From Spirochaetales bacterium (GTDB taxonomy: Bacteria; Spirochaetota; Spirochaetia; JABEVK01): a stretch of DNA of 64,000 bases. A program made the position numbers and the translations under genes. Where the stretch lies: positions 58,460 to 122,459 of the forward strand of contig JBAXAI010000009.1 in assembly GCA_037142615.1 (NCBI GenBank), written 5' to 3'. Below, in pieces: positions 56,293-64,000 of this stretch. Each line of letters begins with the position of its first letter. Positions within the stretch are counted from its first letter, which is position 1. Under the pieces are notes generated by a model. It searched no databases, was not told where the DNA came from, and saw only the letters and a program-made list of their open reading frames with translations.

Positions 56293-57291
56293 TTACTCCT
56301 GGATCAGATGGCAAGCCACCGAGTGGTCGTGCCCGTTGATGACGTGTTTCTTGAGTTGGGGAGCCTCGGTTTCGCAGCGGGCCAGACGGTGGGCACAGCG
56401 GGGGTGAAACGGACAACCTGAAGGTGGATTGACCGGGCTAGGGACATCGCCGCCCAGGACGATGCGGTTCTTCACGTGGTCGAGGTTGGCCACAGGCACC
56501 GCCGAAAGCAGCGCCAGCGTGTACGGATGAAGGGCACCCCGGTACAAGTCGACAGCGTCGGCGAGTTCGACGATCTTGCCCAGATACATCACGGCAATGC
56601 GGTCGCTGATGTACTCCACCACGCTCAGGTCATGGGTGATGAACACGTAGGTCAGTCCTCGTTCCTGCTTCAGGCGCAGCAGGAGGTTGAGAACCTGAGC
56701 CCGGATCGACACGTCGAGCGCGCTGACGGCCTCGTCGCACACCAGGAGTTCGGGGTTGACGCACAGAGCCCGGGCGATACCGATGCGCTGGCGCTGACCG
56801 CCCGAAAACTCGTTGGGGTAGCGGTCCATATAGTCGGCTTTCATGTTCACCTGCTCCAGCAGGTCGCCGACGATGCGGCGGCGATCGGCCCGTTTGTGCA
56901 CGCCGAAGCGACGCAGCGGGTCTTCGAGCGAACCAAAGATGGTGAACGCCGGGTTGAGCGACGAATAGGGATCCTGAAACACGATTTGTAGCTTGCGGCG
57001 GGCCTCGTCCATCTCGCGGACGGACAATTGGCACAGGTCCTTTTGCACGCCGTCAAAGTCGTAGAGGATCTGGCCTTCGCTGGCCTTGGTCAGCTGCAAA
57101 AGGGTTTTGCCCAGCGTGGTCTTTCCGCAGCCCGATTCACCGACGAGGCCCAGGGTTTCCCCGCGACGGATCTCGAGGTCCACCCCGGCCACGGCTTTCA
57201 CCTGGCCCACGGTGCGCTGAAAGACTCCCTTTCTGACAGGAAACGAGGTCTTGAGTCCCCGTAGGGACACCAGCGGCAGTTCAGGCTTCAT
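56293..57291 (-). CDS. Dpp/Opp-type ABC transporter ATP-binding subunit (OppF-like)
   Basis: GESGCGKTT, FSGGQRQR, PSGCPFHPRC. Confidence 0.92.
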   Translation of the reverse strand: MKPELPLVSLRGLKTSFPVRKGVFQRTVGQVKAVAGVDLEIRRGETLGLVGESGCGKTTLGKTLLQLTKASEGQILYDFDGVQKDLCQLSVREMDEARRKLQIVFQDPYSSLNPAFTIFGSLEDPLRRFGVHKRADRRRIVGDLLEQVNMKADYMDRYPNEFSGGQRQRIGIARALCVNPELLVCDEAVSALDVSIRAQVLNLLLRLKQERGLTYVFITHDLSVVEYISDRIAVMYLGKIVELADAVDLYRGALHPYTLALLSAVPVANLDHVKNRIVLGGDVPSPVNPPSGCPFHPRCAHRLARCETEAPQLKKHVINGHDHSVACHLIQE

Positions 57292-58291
57292 TTGGTCCCC
57301 CAACAGGAAAAAAACAACGGAGGCGATGGGTAGACTCCCCCAACACCTGCTCGGGCGGCAAAGCCTGCTCACACAGGGGCTGGCAGCGGGGGCAGCGCGG
57401 GGCAAATTGGCACCCCGGTGGCCGCTCGTAGGGGTCGGGGGTGGTACCCTGAATCGGGTCGATCTTCTGGTCTTTGCCCCGGCCGAGCACGGGAATGGAG
57501 TCGAGCAAGGCCCGCGTGTACGGATGGCGCGGAGTGCGCAAAACCTCTTCGACGGTGCCCCCTTCGACGATGTTGCCCATGTACATCACGATCACGTCGT
57601 CGGCGAGTTCTGTGACCACACCCATGTCGTGCGTGATGAGCATCACGGCGGTCTGGTGTTTGGCTTTCAGCTTTTCCATCAGTTCGAACACCTGGGCCTG
57701 GATGGTCACGTCGAGGGCGGTGGTGGGCTCATCGGCGATCAGCACGTGGGGGTCACAGGCCATCGCCATGGCGATCATGGCCCGCTGGCGCATACCCCCC
57801 GAAAACTGGTGGGGGTATTCGTCCACCCGCTGTTCGGGGATCGGAATGCCCATTTCAGCCAGCAGCGAAATCGTCTTGGCGCGGCGGGCACGCGGCTTGA
57901 GCTTGGTATGGTAGCGCAGGTTCTCGCTGATCTGTTGGCCGATGGTGTACACCGGGTTGAGCGCCGTCATCGGGTCCTGGAAGATCATCGCGAGGTCGGC
58001 CCCGCGCAGGGCTCGCATTTTCTTGCCGTTTTTTGCCAACTGATCGATTCGGATCGGCCCCCCGGGGGACTGATACACGATCTGGCCACCCTCGATGCGG
58101 CTCAACTCCGGCAGCAGTTGCATCACGGAAGCTGCGGTGATGCTTTTTCCGCAACCCGATTCGCCGACCACGCAGAGGGTGCGCCCTTTGCGGATTTCGA
58201 AGGTCACGTCGTTCACCGCACGGTTGCAGCGGCCGTTGGCGTAGAGGAAGGTTTTGAGGTTCTGGACGCTGATCAGCACGTCGTCATGCAT
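57281..58291 (-). CDS. Dpp/Opp-type ABC transporter ATP-binding subunit (OppD-like)
   Basis: [32 protein letters not shown]. Confidence 0.92.
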   Translation of the reverse strand: MHDDVLISVQNLKTFLYANGRCNRAVNDVTFEIRKGRTLCVVGESGCGKSITAASVMQLLPELSRIEGGQIVYQSPGGPIRIDQLAKNGKKMRALRGADLAMIFQDPMTALNPVYTIGQQISENLRYHTKLKPRARRAKTISLLAEMGIPIPEQRVDEYPHQFSGGMRQRAMIAMAMACDPHVLIADEPTTALDVTIQAQVFELMEKLKAKHQTAVMLITHDMGVVTELADDVIVMYMGNIVEGGTVEEVLRTPRHPYTRALLDSIPVLGRGKDQKIDPIQGTTPDPYERPPGCQFAPRCPRCQPLCEQALPPEQVLGESTHRLRCFFPVGGPNEA

Positions 58292-58301
58292 GGCTCTTCC
58301 T

Positions 58302-59207
58302 TTATCCCAGTTGCGACGGGTCGGTGGAGTCCCGAAGGCCGTCGCCGATGAAGTTGACGCTGAGCACAAACAGCGAAATCACGGTGCCCACCGGCAGCCA
58401 GATCCACCAGTAGCGGGCCAGCACGTTCAGGTCGTTGGCCACGTTGAGGATGTTGCCCCACGTGGAAATCTCCAGCGGTACACCCAGCCCCAGAAAGCTG
58501 AGGGCTGCCTCTTGCAAAATGAACATCGCGGTGCTCAGGGTGATGTTGACGATGATGGGGCTCATGGCGTTCGGCAACATGTGCTTGTAACAGATGATCA
58601 GGTCGTTAAGCCCGAATGCTTTGAGTGCCAGCACGTACTCTTCCTCGCGGATCGAGAGCATGCGCGAGCGGGCCATGCGATAAATGCTTCCCCAGCCAGT
58701 AATAATGAAGATGACCATCAAATTGGTCACGCTCTGACCGATGATCGAAACCAGCAATAGCACCAGGATGATCTGCGGAAACGACATGAAGATCTCAGAA
58801 ACCCGAAGGAAGAGCCTGTCGATCCAGCCGCCCTTGTAGCCACCGTAGGCTCCCAGCGCCACCCCGATCGCCGCCGCGCCCAAGGCGCTGCCCAGGCCGA
58901 TGAGGATAGAAATCTGACCACCGTAGAGGACGCGGGCGAAGATATCGCGGCCCAGCTTGTCGGTGCCAAACCAGTGTTCCCACGACGGCGGTTTCAGGAT
59001 GCCTCTGAGGTCGATCTTGAGGGGGCTGTAGGCGCTGATCAGCGGCGCAAACACGGCCGACAAAACGATGATCGAAAACACGATCAGCCCCAGAACCGAC
59101 AGCGGATTGGAGATCATTCTTTTGAGAGCGCGGCTGCCGGCGAAGCGGGGCTTGCCAGTGGTCGGCAGGGTATCGCGAATCCGGTCGAACTTTCGGTTGG
59201 GCTTCAT
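58302..59207 (-). CDS. ABC transporter permease (OppC-like)
   Basis: HWFGTDKLGRD, EAALSFLGLG, NFIGDGLRD. Confidence 0.92.
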   Translation of the reverse strand: MKPNRKFDRIRDTLPTTGKPRFAGSRALKRMISNPLSVLGLIVFSIIVLSAVFAPLISAYSPLKIDLRGILKPPSWEHWFGTDKLGRDIFARVLYGGQISILIGLGSALGAAAIGVALGAYGGYKGGWIDRLFLRVSEIFMSFPQIILVLLLVSIIGQSVTNLMVIFIITGWGSIYRMARSRMLSIREEEYVLALKAFGLNDLIICYKHMLPNAMSPIIVNITLSTAMFILQEAALSFLGLGVPLEISTWGNILNVANDLNVLARYWWIWLPVGTVISLFVLSVNFIGDGLRDSTDPSQLG

Positions 59208-59224
59208 GAGGTTCTCCACCAGTC

Positions 59225-60184
59225 CTAGTGAAACTTGACGCGAGGGTCGAGCGCCGCCGTCAGCAGGTCGACCAAAAAACTCGCCAACAGGACAGCCGTC
59301 ACCGACAGCAGGGCGATCATCATGACCAAGGGAGAGTTTTGACCCCGGACCGCCGCCAGAAACTCGCTGCCGATGCCGGGCCACTGGAAGATCTGCTCGA
59401 TGACCACCGTGCCACCGATCAAGATGGGCAACCGGAACCCCACCAGCACCACGATCGGCGCCATGGCGACGCGGAAGCCGTGCACCAGGTTGACCCGCCA
59501 TTCCGGCAGGCCCTTGCTGCGGGCCGTTTTGACGTAGTCCTTATTGATGGTGTCGAGCATGCTCGAGCGTGCGTAACGCATCACGCCCGCGGTCATCGAA
59601 ATGCCCAGCACCAGCACCGGGAGCACCAGGTTGGGCAGGTGGTCCCAGTAGCTGGTGTACTCGGGTCGGATGCGCCCGCCGATGGGCAGCCATTGCAACT
59701 GGATGGCGAAAACCAGAAGCGCCACCAGCCCAAAGAAAAACTCAGGGATAGAAACCCCGATCATGCCGACCACGGTGAGACCCTGGTCCAAGAGCTTGCC
59801 CTTGCGCAGCGAGCTCAGCAACCCCAGCAGACTGCCAAGGAGCGTCGACACCACCAGCGCGAAAAAGGAAAGTTCGAGGGTGGCCGGTAGACGCTGGGCA
59901 AGAATGTCACCGATGGGCACGCCGCTGGTCAGCGAGTACCCGAAGTTGCCCGTCAACAGGCCACCGAGCCAGCGAAGGTAACGCAGCGGAAACGGGTCGT
60001 TGAGCCCCAGCGACTGGCGCAGTTCTGCCAGTTGCTGGGGATCCATATTGGCGATAGCCTCGGGACCAGCCACGAAGGATACGGCATCGCCAGGCATGAA
60101 CTCCAACCCCAGAAAGATCAGAAACGTCATCACAAGAAGCATGGGGATCAGAGTGAGCAAGCGGCGGACGGCGTACGCAAACAT
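59225..60184 (-). CDS. ABC transporter permease (OppB-like)
   Basis: PGDAV, RLPATLEL, DYVKTARSKGL, LDPRV. Confidence 0.92.
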   Translation of the reverse strand: MFAYAVRRLLTLIPMLLVMTFLIFLGLEFMPGDAVSFVAGPEAIANMDPQQLAELRQSLGLNDPFPLRYLRWLGGLLTGNFGYSLTSGVPIGDILAQRLPATLELSFFALVVSTLLGSLLGLLSSLRKGKLLDQGLTVVGMIGVSIPEFFFGLVALLVFAIQLQWLPIGGRIRPEYTSYWDHLPNLVLPVLVLGISMTAGVMRYARSSMLDTINKDYVKTARSKGLPEWRVNLVHGFRVAMAPIVVLVGFRLPILIGGTVVIEQIFQWPGIGSEFLAAVRGQNSPLVMMIALLSVTAVLLASFLVDLLTAALDPRVKFH

Positions 60185-60213
60185 GGCGGTCTCCTAAGCT
60201 AGTGTTCACGATA

Positions 60214-61827
60214 TCAGGGCTTCGGGAACTTGTTGACGAAGAACAGCCGGGTGTAGCGAATATCGACAGGGGTCACCTTCAGGTTGCTCAACTTCTCGGC
60301 TGCCAGAACATCGTCGACGCTCTTGGTGTAACCGTAGTCCAGCTGGGAAGCCGAAGCGTTCTTGATGAAGTTGGGGTCCGATTCGCCGCTCGGGTACATC
60401 TGGATTTCGTCGAGCTTGGCCACGCCACCCCAGTACTGCTTGAAGGGCACGAACGTCGCAAAGTTGTTCATCGACACGTCCTTGACCATGAAGGGGCCCG
60501 AGCCTACGGGCTTCTGCCAGAAGGCGGCCTGCTGGAACTTCATGGGGTCCACATCGGCAAAGTATTTCTTGGGAAGTGGGGGGAACTGCGAGAAGCACAG
60601 CAGAGCATTGGGGTCGGCCGTTGTGTATTGGAAGCTGACGGTGCTGCCCTTGATCGTGATTCCGGCAATGCCGTCGGTCTTGCCATCTTTGAAGTCTTGG
60701 AAGCCGACGAGGGCCTTGAGCATGCTGCCGTAGACCGAGTTGAGCGTAGGAACCTTGGCGGTGAACTCGTAGGTCCACTTCACGTCTTCGGGGGTGATGT
60801 CCGAGCCATCGTGCCACTTGATGCCCTTGCGCAGGGTGAAGGTGATCAGTTTGCCGTCAGCGCTGACTTTGTAGTCCGAGGCCAATTGACCCTTCGACGG
60901 CGTCAGGCTGGCGTCGGCCACCACCAGGTGGTCAAACAAGACCTTGGTGCTCATGAACAGGCCGGGGTTGAGGAACGGGGTTTCAAAGAAACTCACCGGG
61001 CCACCGTTGGTCTTGAGGACTTTCTTGCCGCTGGCATCAGCGGGCATGGTCCACTTGGTGATGTTCCAGTCGTAGTTGAACTGCTCGTTGCCGAAGGCCG
61101 AACCCGCGCGGTCGAGCTTGGTGTTTTGAACAACAAAGACCTGCTGGTAGTACAGAGGCAGGGCAAACAGGTTCTCGCCTTCGTAGGCCTGCAGGGCGTA
61201 GAACGCCTTTTTCTGGGCAGCGACGTCGACCACGTGCGTGGCGTCGATCAGTTTGGCCAGGGTCGGGTCGGTGGGCGTGTGCGAATTGGCTGTGCCGCCG
61301 GGAATGAAGCGGTCGTAGTACTCGTTCATCGACAGGGCAGCGACAGCGGCGTAGGCCAAGTCCCACTTGACGGCAGCGGGTCCGTTCACGGGGTCAGTCG
61401 GCGGCACCCACAACTGCGAGGCCAGGTCGCCTTCGAGCTTGCGGAAGGTCATTTTGACGCCCACATCGGCCAGGTAAGCCTGCACGGCGGTCATCAGGTC
61501 GACGGTCATCTGGTCACCGTAATAGAACACCACGTCGAGGGTGTAGTTCGGGTCCCAGTTGGCAGCCTTGAGCAGATCGCGGGCCTTCTGCGGATTGTAG
61601 GTATAGGTCTTCATGTTGGGCATTTTCCAAGCACCGTTGGGTGTCAGGGAGTTGGCCACGAGGGCCTTGCCGCTCATCAGGGAGTTAACGATCGTCTTCA
61701 TGTCGATGGCATAGGCCAGAGCCTGCCGGACTTTGACATCAGCCACCGGGCTGGTCTTCGCAACTTGGGCGAAAACTGCCGTACTGATAAACGCGATGCA
61801 CAGAAGTGCAACCAGAATCCTTTTCAT
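60214..61827 (-). CDS. Family-5 ABC solute-binding protein, apparently circularly permuted
   Basis: Signal peptide followed at once by DVKVRQALAYAID; the FTLRKGIKWHDG...PVGSGPF block lies in the C-terminal half. Confidence 0.85.
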   Translation of the reverse strand: MKRILVALLCIAFISTAVFAQVAKTSPVADVKVRQALAYAIDMKTIVNSLMSGKALVANSLTPNGAWKMPNMKTYTYNPQKARDLLKAANWDPNYTLDVVFYYGDQMTVDLMTAVQAYLADVGVKMTFRKLEGDLASQLWVPPTDPVNGPAAVKWDLAYAAVAALSMNEYYDRFIPGGTANSHTPTDPTLAKLIDATHVVDVAAQKKAFYALQAYEGENLFALPLYYQQVFVVQNTKLDRAGSAFGNEQFNYDWNITKWTMPADASGKKVLKTNGGPVSFFETPFLNPGLFMSTKVLFDHLVVADASLTPSKGQLASDYKVSADGKLITFTLRKGIKWHDGSDITPEDVKWTYEFTAKVPTLNSVYGSMLKALVGFQDFKDGKTDGIAGITIKGSTVSFQYTTADPNALLCFSQFPPLPKKYFADVDPMKFQQAAFWQKPVGSGPFMVKDVSMNNFATFVPFKQYWGGVAKLDEIQMYPSGESDPNFIKNASASQLDYGYTKSVDDVLAAEKLSNLKVTPVDIRYTRLFFVNKFPKP

Positions 61828-61842
61828 CAGAGCCTCCTCTTC

Positions 61843-61866
61843 TATCAGTTAATATATTAGCTGATA
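61843..61866. promoter_or_regulatory. 24-bp palindromic operator upstream of the ABC operon
   Basis: TATCAGTTAATA|TATTAGCTGATA, one mismatch. Confidence 0.7.
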
Positions 61867-62018
61867 TTTCACACAGCTTGAACCCGCAAGCCTGAACTGT
61901 CAAGCACAATTTTGACTTGCTTTCAGAGTGCGCGGTTGCTCCGCGGCTGATCGGGATTCCGGTGGCAGGCACCAGGTTCCCGCTGGCTGGTTCAAGCCAA
62001 TCCGGCTAAGATAGCGTC

Positions 62019-62381
62019 ATGGCGCGCCGCGAAGCACAAACCGAGCGAACCCTCGAAACCCAGCGGGTCTTCCGCAAAGCTCTGCTGGAGAGGTCCCAGC
62101 TTCAAGTTGTCGCCGAGTTGACGGCCGTCAACCCTGGTCCGGGGAGTCCCATGGAAGGGCTCCTGCGGACTTTCCGCCACATTCACGATCACCGCCGAGA
62201 GTATCAGGCCTTGTTGCGCGTCGAAGCTGTGGCGAAGTTCGAACGGCGGATGGTAACCAACGCCATCCACTCCCTGGCTCTCTGGTGGCTGGAACTCGAG
62301 CCGCCCGTACCCGCCGAGGAAGCCGCCCTGCTCACCCTGGGCCTACTGAAGAACGGGCTGGCGAGTCTGGCTCCCCGCTAA
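62019..62381 (+). pseudogene. Truncated TetR-like regulator lacking the HTH
   Basis: TetR-like first helix (TERTLETQRVFRKALLE) and C-terminal WWLE..PVPAEE, no GxxRxTFYxHF segment; only 120 aa. Confidence 0.5.
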
Positions 62382-62391
62382 GACGGAGAAA

Positions 62392-62406
62392 TCAACACAG
62401 TGTTGA
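62392..62406. promoter_or_regulatory. Palindrome TCAACA-CAG-TGTTGA overlapping TTGACA (-35)
   Basis: Upstream of the hydrolase operon. Confidence 0.6.
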
Positions 62407-62458
62407 CAAAGTTGCGATCCAGTCCTATTTTCAAAGCCGAGCCGAAACGGAGGTTCTC

Positions 62459-63406
62459 ATGAAGGGATTCTGGGCTGCAGGATTGGTGCTGGCAGCGCTT
62501 CTGACGGGGTGTGCCACCACGCCCCAAGCCGACGAGCCGGCCCATAGGGCCGTGGACGCGAACTACACCCATCGGTTCGTCCAGGCGGGGGGCGTGAACT
62601 GGCACTTCGTGGAGGCCGGTGATCCGAAGGGCCCCGTCGTCTTGATGCTCCACGGCCTACCGGAAAGCTGGTATTCCTGGAGCAAGGTGTTGCCCCTGCT
62701 CGATCCGGCCTACCACTACATTGTTCCCGATATGAAAGGCTACGGCCGGTCCACCTCGGTCGATACCAACTACAACTGGCACCACGTGGGCAACCAGACG
62801 CTCGCTTTGCTCGACACGCTGGGTGTGCAAAAAGCCTTTATCGTCGGTCATGACTGGGGCACTCTGATTTCGAGCATCATGGTCGTGGACCACCCGGACC
62901 GGTTCTTGGGGTACGTGCGCATGGAGGCCGACCTGGTCTACGACCCCGGGCAAAGCCTCGAGCGCCTCTACGAGCTGAAGCCGCAGTGGAAGCTGTTCCA
63001 AGACACGCCCAAAGCCATCGGTTTCCTCAAGGACGCCGCGATGGTGATCGACCGGGTGTACCCGACGCGCATGACCACCACGCTGCAAAAGGCCGACCGT
63101 GATTATTTCGTGGCCGAGTTTGCGCGGCCGGGCGTGGCCGAGGCGGTCGCCCAGTACTTCCGTTACGAGAATTGGGACCTGGAGGCCGCTGTGACCAAGG
63201 TCGCCAACAACACCTTCCCGTTCCCCGTGCTGCAACTGCAGGCCGACAGCGACGCCTCGCAGCCCGTGGCGAATTTCGCCGACGCCTCGAAGTTTCCGGG
63301 GGTCACGTTGAAGTGGATCACCAACGCCAACCACTTCAGCAACCTCGACCAGCCGCAACAGGTTGCCGATGCGATCAACACGTTCCTGAAGGAGACCAAC
63401 CGATGA
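62459..63406 (+). CDS. Alpha/beta hydrolase lipoprotein (epoxide hydrolase/dehalogenase-like)
   Basis: Lipobox LTGC; LHGLPESWYSW, DMKGYGRS, GHDWG (Asp nucleophile), C-terminal His NANHF. Confidence 0.88.
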   Translation: MKGFWAAGLVLAALLTGCATTPQADEPAHRAVDANYTHRFVQAGGVNWHFVEAGDPKGPVVLMLHGLPESWYSWSKVLPLLDPAYHYIVPDMKGYGRSTSVDTNYNWHHVGNQTLALLDTLGVQKAFIVGHDWGTLISSIMVVDHPDRFLGYVRMEADLVYDPGQSLERLYELKPQWKLFQDTPKAIGFLKDAAMVIDRVYPTRMTTTLQKADRDYFVAEFARPGVAEAVAQYFRYENWDLEAAVTKVANNTFPFPVLQLQADSDASQPVANFADASKFPGVTLKWITNANHFSNLDQPQQVADAINTFLKETNR

Positions 63407-64000
63407 ACAAGACCCTTTTCCCGTTTGCCCTCGCGGCACTCAGCTTGCTCACCTCGTGCGTGAGCATCTCGATGCCGACCGCGGCCGAGGCGGGAATCCG
63501 CTTCGAGACGAAGGCCGAGCCCCTTCCCGCCGACCTCGAATGGGGCCACCGCGCGGTGGCCCACGAACTCATCAATGCCAAGGAAATCGTCGTCGTCGTA
63601 TCCGGAGGTTCCAACCCGATACCGGACGAGGAGTGGGTGAAGTACAATCCGCCCCTTCCCTGGACCAAAAACATCGAGCGGAATCTCCTGTTCAGCCAGA
63701 CCTTCTTCATGCGCTCGCCCAACGCCCCCGCCGACGCCACAGGTGACGCCCGCTACACCTTCCGCGAAGTTTCGGGCCATACCTGGCTTGAGCTCGCGCA
63801 GCCGGTGGCCGTGGACCTCGTGCCCGCCGGCGAGAAGACCGACTGGCTGAAGCCCGCGCCCGGCCACCTCGTCATAAAAACCATCAGGAAGCCGCAGGTA
63901 ATGCGCTGGGACGGGCCGATCTACCGGCTCACGGACGGTCAGGGCAACGCCTACGTCATGCACGCCACCGAAACCGGCACGCCGAACCTCAACGTCACCC
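63403..64000 (+). CDS. Hypothetical lipoprotein (truncated at window edge)
   Basis: ATGA overlap; MNKTLFPFALAALSLLTSC lipobox; frame open to the end of the window. Confidence 0.7.
   Translation, partial: MNKTLFPFALAALSLLTSCVSISMPTAAEAGIRFETKAEPLPADLEWGHRAVAHELINAKEIVVVVSGGSNPIPDEEWVKYNPPLPWTKNIERNLLFSQTFFMRSPNAPADATGDARYTFREVSGHTWLELAQPVAVDLVPAGEKTDWLKPAPGHLVIKTIRKPQVMRWDGPIYRLTDGQGNAYVMHATETGTPNLNVT

Noticed and set aside
35964-64000. Intact prophage, ICE or IS element
   Set aside because: No integrase, transposase, relaxase or phage structural gene is recognisable, and I found no duplicated tRNA 3' end within the window.

Overview
GC-rich bacterial chromosomal segment. Gene order (pyrG-lptCAB...rpoN-hpf-hprK-ptsH-ntrY-ntrX-lexA-holA, with cheR-cheB divergent from pyrG) is consistent with a free-living spirochaete, but this assignment is an inference. 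1-35.9 kb is mostly core or housekeeping: a LacI/GH94/sugar-ABC operon, two MCPs, a sigma54 two-component module with two secreted paralogues, and an unusual 1111-aa fusion of 2-oxoacid dehydrogenase E1alpha, E1beta, a lipoyl domain and FabH. A tRNA-Leu(CAG) at 35964-36045 is followed by a ~15 kb mosaic accessory region. It holds three toxin-antitoxin classes (HigBA-like x2 plus a remnant, AbiE, GNAT/DUF1778), several pseudogenes, a dif-like site, and two different cargo modules bounded by the same pair of left (63 bp) and right (53 bp) repeats. No integrase is visible in the window. 50.8-61.9 kb is a convergent sialic/nonulosonic-acid-type catabolic cluster: three NanA/DHDPS-family aldolases, an AGE epimerase, a GntR regulator and a Dpp/Opp ABC transporter whose binding protein appears circularly permuted. 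All calls come from motif recognition by eye; no database searches were run.
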